DNA of 62,976 nucleotides. Source: Candidatus Doudnabacteria bacterium. Its GTDB lineage: Bacteria; Patescibacteriota; Doudnabacteria; UBA920. Both the position numbers and the translations under genes were made by a program. Positions 62,885 to 62,976 of the stretch are shown piece after piece. The notes beneath the pieces were generated by a model. It worked only from the letters and a program-made list of their open reading frames with translations. It was not told the DNA's origin and searched no databases. Location: assembly GCA_020850635.1 (NCBI GenBank), contig JADZEH010000015.1, positions 1 through 62,976 of the forward strand. Direction: 5' to 3'. The stretch's first letter is position 1, and the number at the start of each line of letters is the position of its first letter.

Positions 62885-62976
62885 ATGATGAAGAGATTAA
62901 AGATTATATCTGCGGCAATCATGATAGCAGGACTTGGTTTCCCATATTCTGCCCAAGCCGCATATAATGATGTCAC
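62885..62976 (+). CDS. 5' end of a secreted protein gene (truncated by the window edge)
   Basis: MMKRLKIISAAIMIAGLGFPYSAQA signal peptide. The ORF is open to the window end. Confidence 0.45.
   Translation, partial: MMKRLKIISAAIMIAGLGFPYSAQAAYNDV

Noticed and set aside
1-62976. Window-wide scan for CRISPR arrays, rRNA genes, IS elements, integrases, phage structural genes and restriction-modification or other named defence systems
   Set aside because: None was seen. There are no regularly spaced direct repeats, no 16S/23S/5S signatures, no DDE, serine or tyrosine recombinase motifs, and no recognisable defence-gene domains. The only mobile-element-like signals are the micro-cassettes, the three-copy repeat and the tRNA-Gly duplication reported above.

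Overview
This 62,976-bp window comes from a compact, moderately A+T-rich bacterial chromosome. Gene content includes a minimal type IV pilus ATPase/platform pair, an LPXTG giant surface protein with a sortase-like gene, LCP, ComEC and DprA. It also includes NrdR with a class II RNR, DUF3467 between dnaK and dnaJ, a short HrcA with two CIRCE operators, and terminators that abut the next start codon. This fits a reduced-genome monoderm such as a Patescibacteria/CPR (Saccharibacteria-like) organism, but that placement is inference only. I support about 65 CDS and four canonical tRNAs (Lys-UUU, Val-CAC, Pro-UGG, Gly-UCC, all with encoded CCA). I found no rRNA, no CRISPR array, and no transposase or integrase. 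Main second-look items: (1) Eight abrupt G+C-rich, codon-foreign micro-cassettes carry ten small orphan ORFs. All have GGAGG-type SDs and most have their own promoter and/or G+C-rich terminator. They sit between core genes: dnaK|dnaJ, both sides of tRNA-Lys, pth, nrdJ|cobO, DUF167|hisS, and upstream of groES. (2) A sortase homologue with no cysteine at all lies directly after its presumptive LPRTG substrate. (3) A free-standing tRNA-like locus has a defective D/anticodon region and an inverted copy of its own 5' half. (4) A roughly 70-nt structured repeat occurs three times, always just 3' of a gene, with covarying outer stems. (5) Two ncRNA candidates are delimited by a promoter and a terminator; I cannot assign either to a family. 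(6) Smaller items are a D-to-E orphan response regulator, a degenerate HisRS paralogue, a tRNA-Gly 3'-end duplication, and a small paralogous membrane-anchored protein family. All coordinates and motifs were read by eye. No database search or folding program was run.
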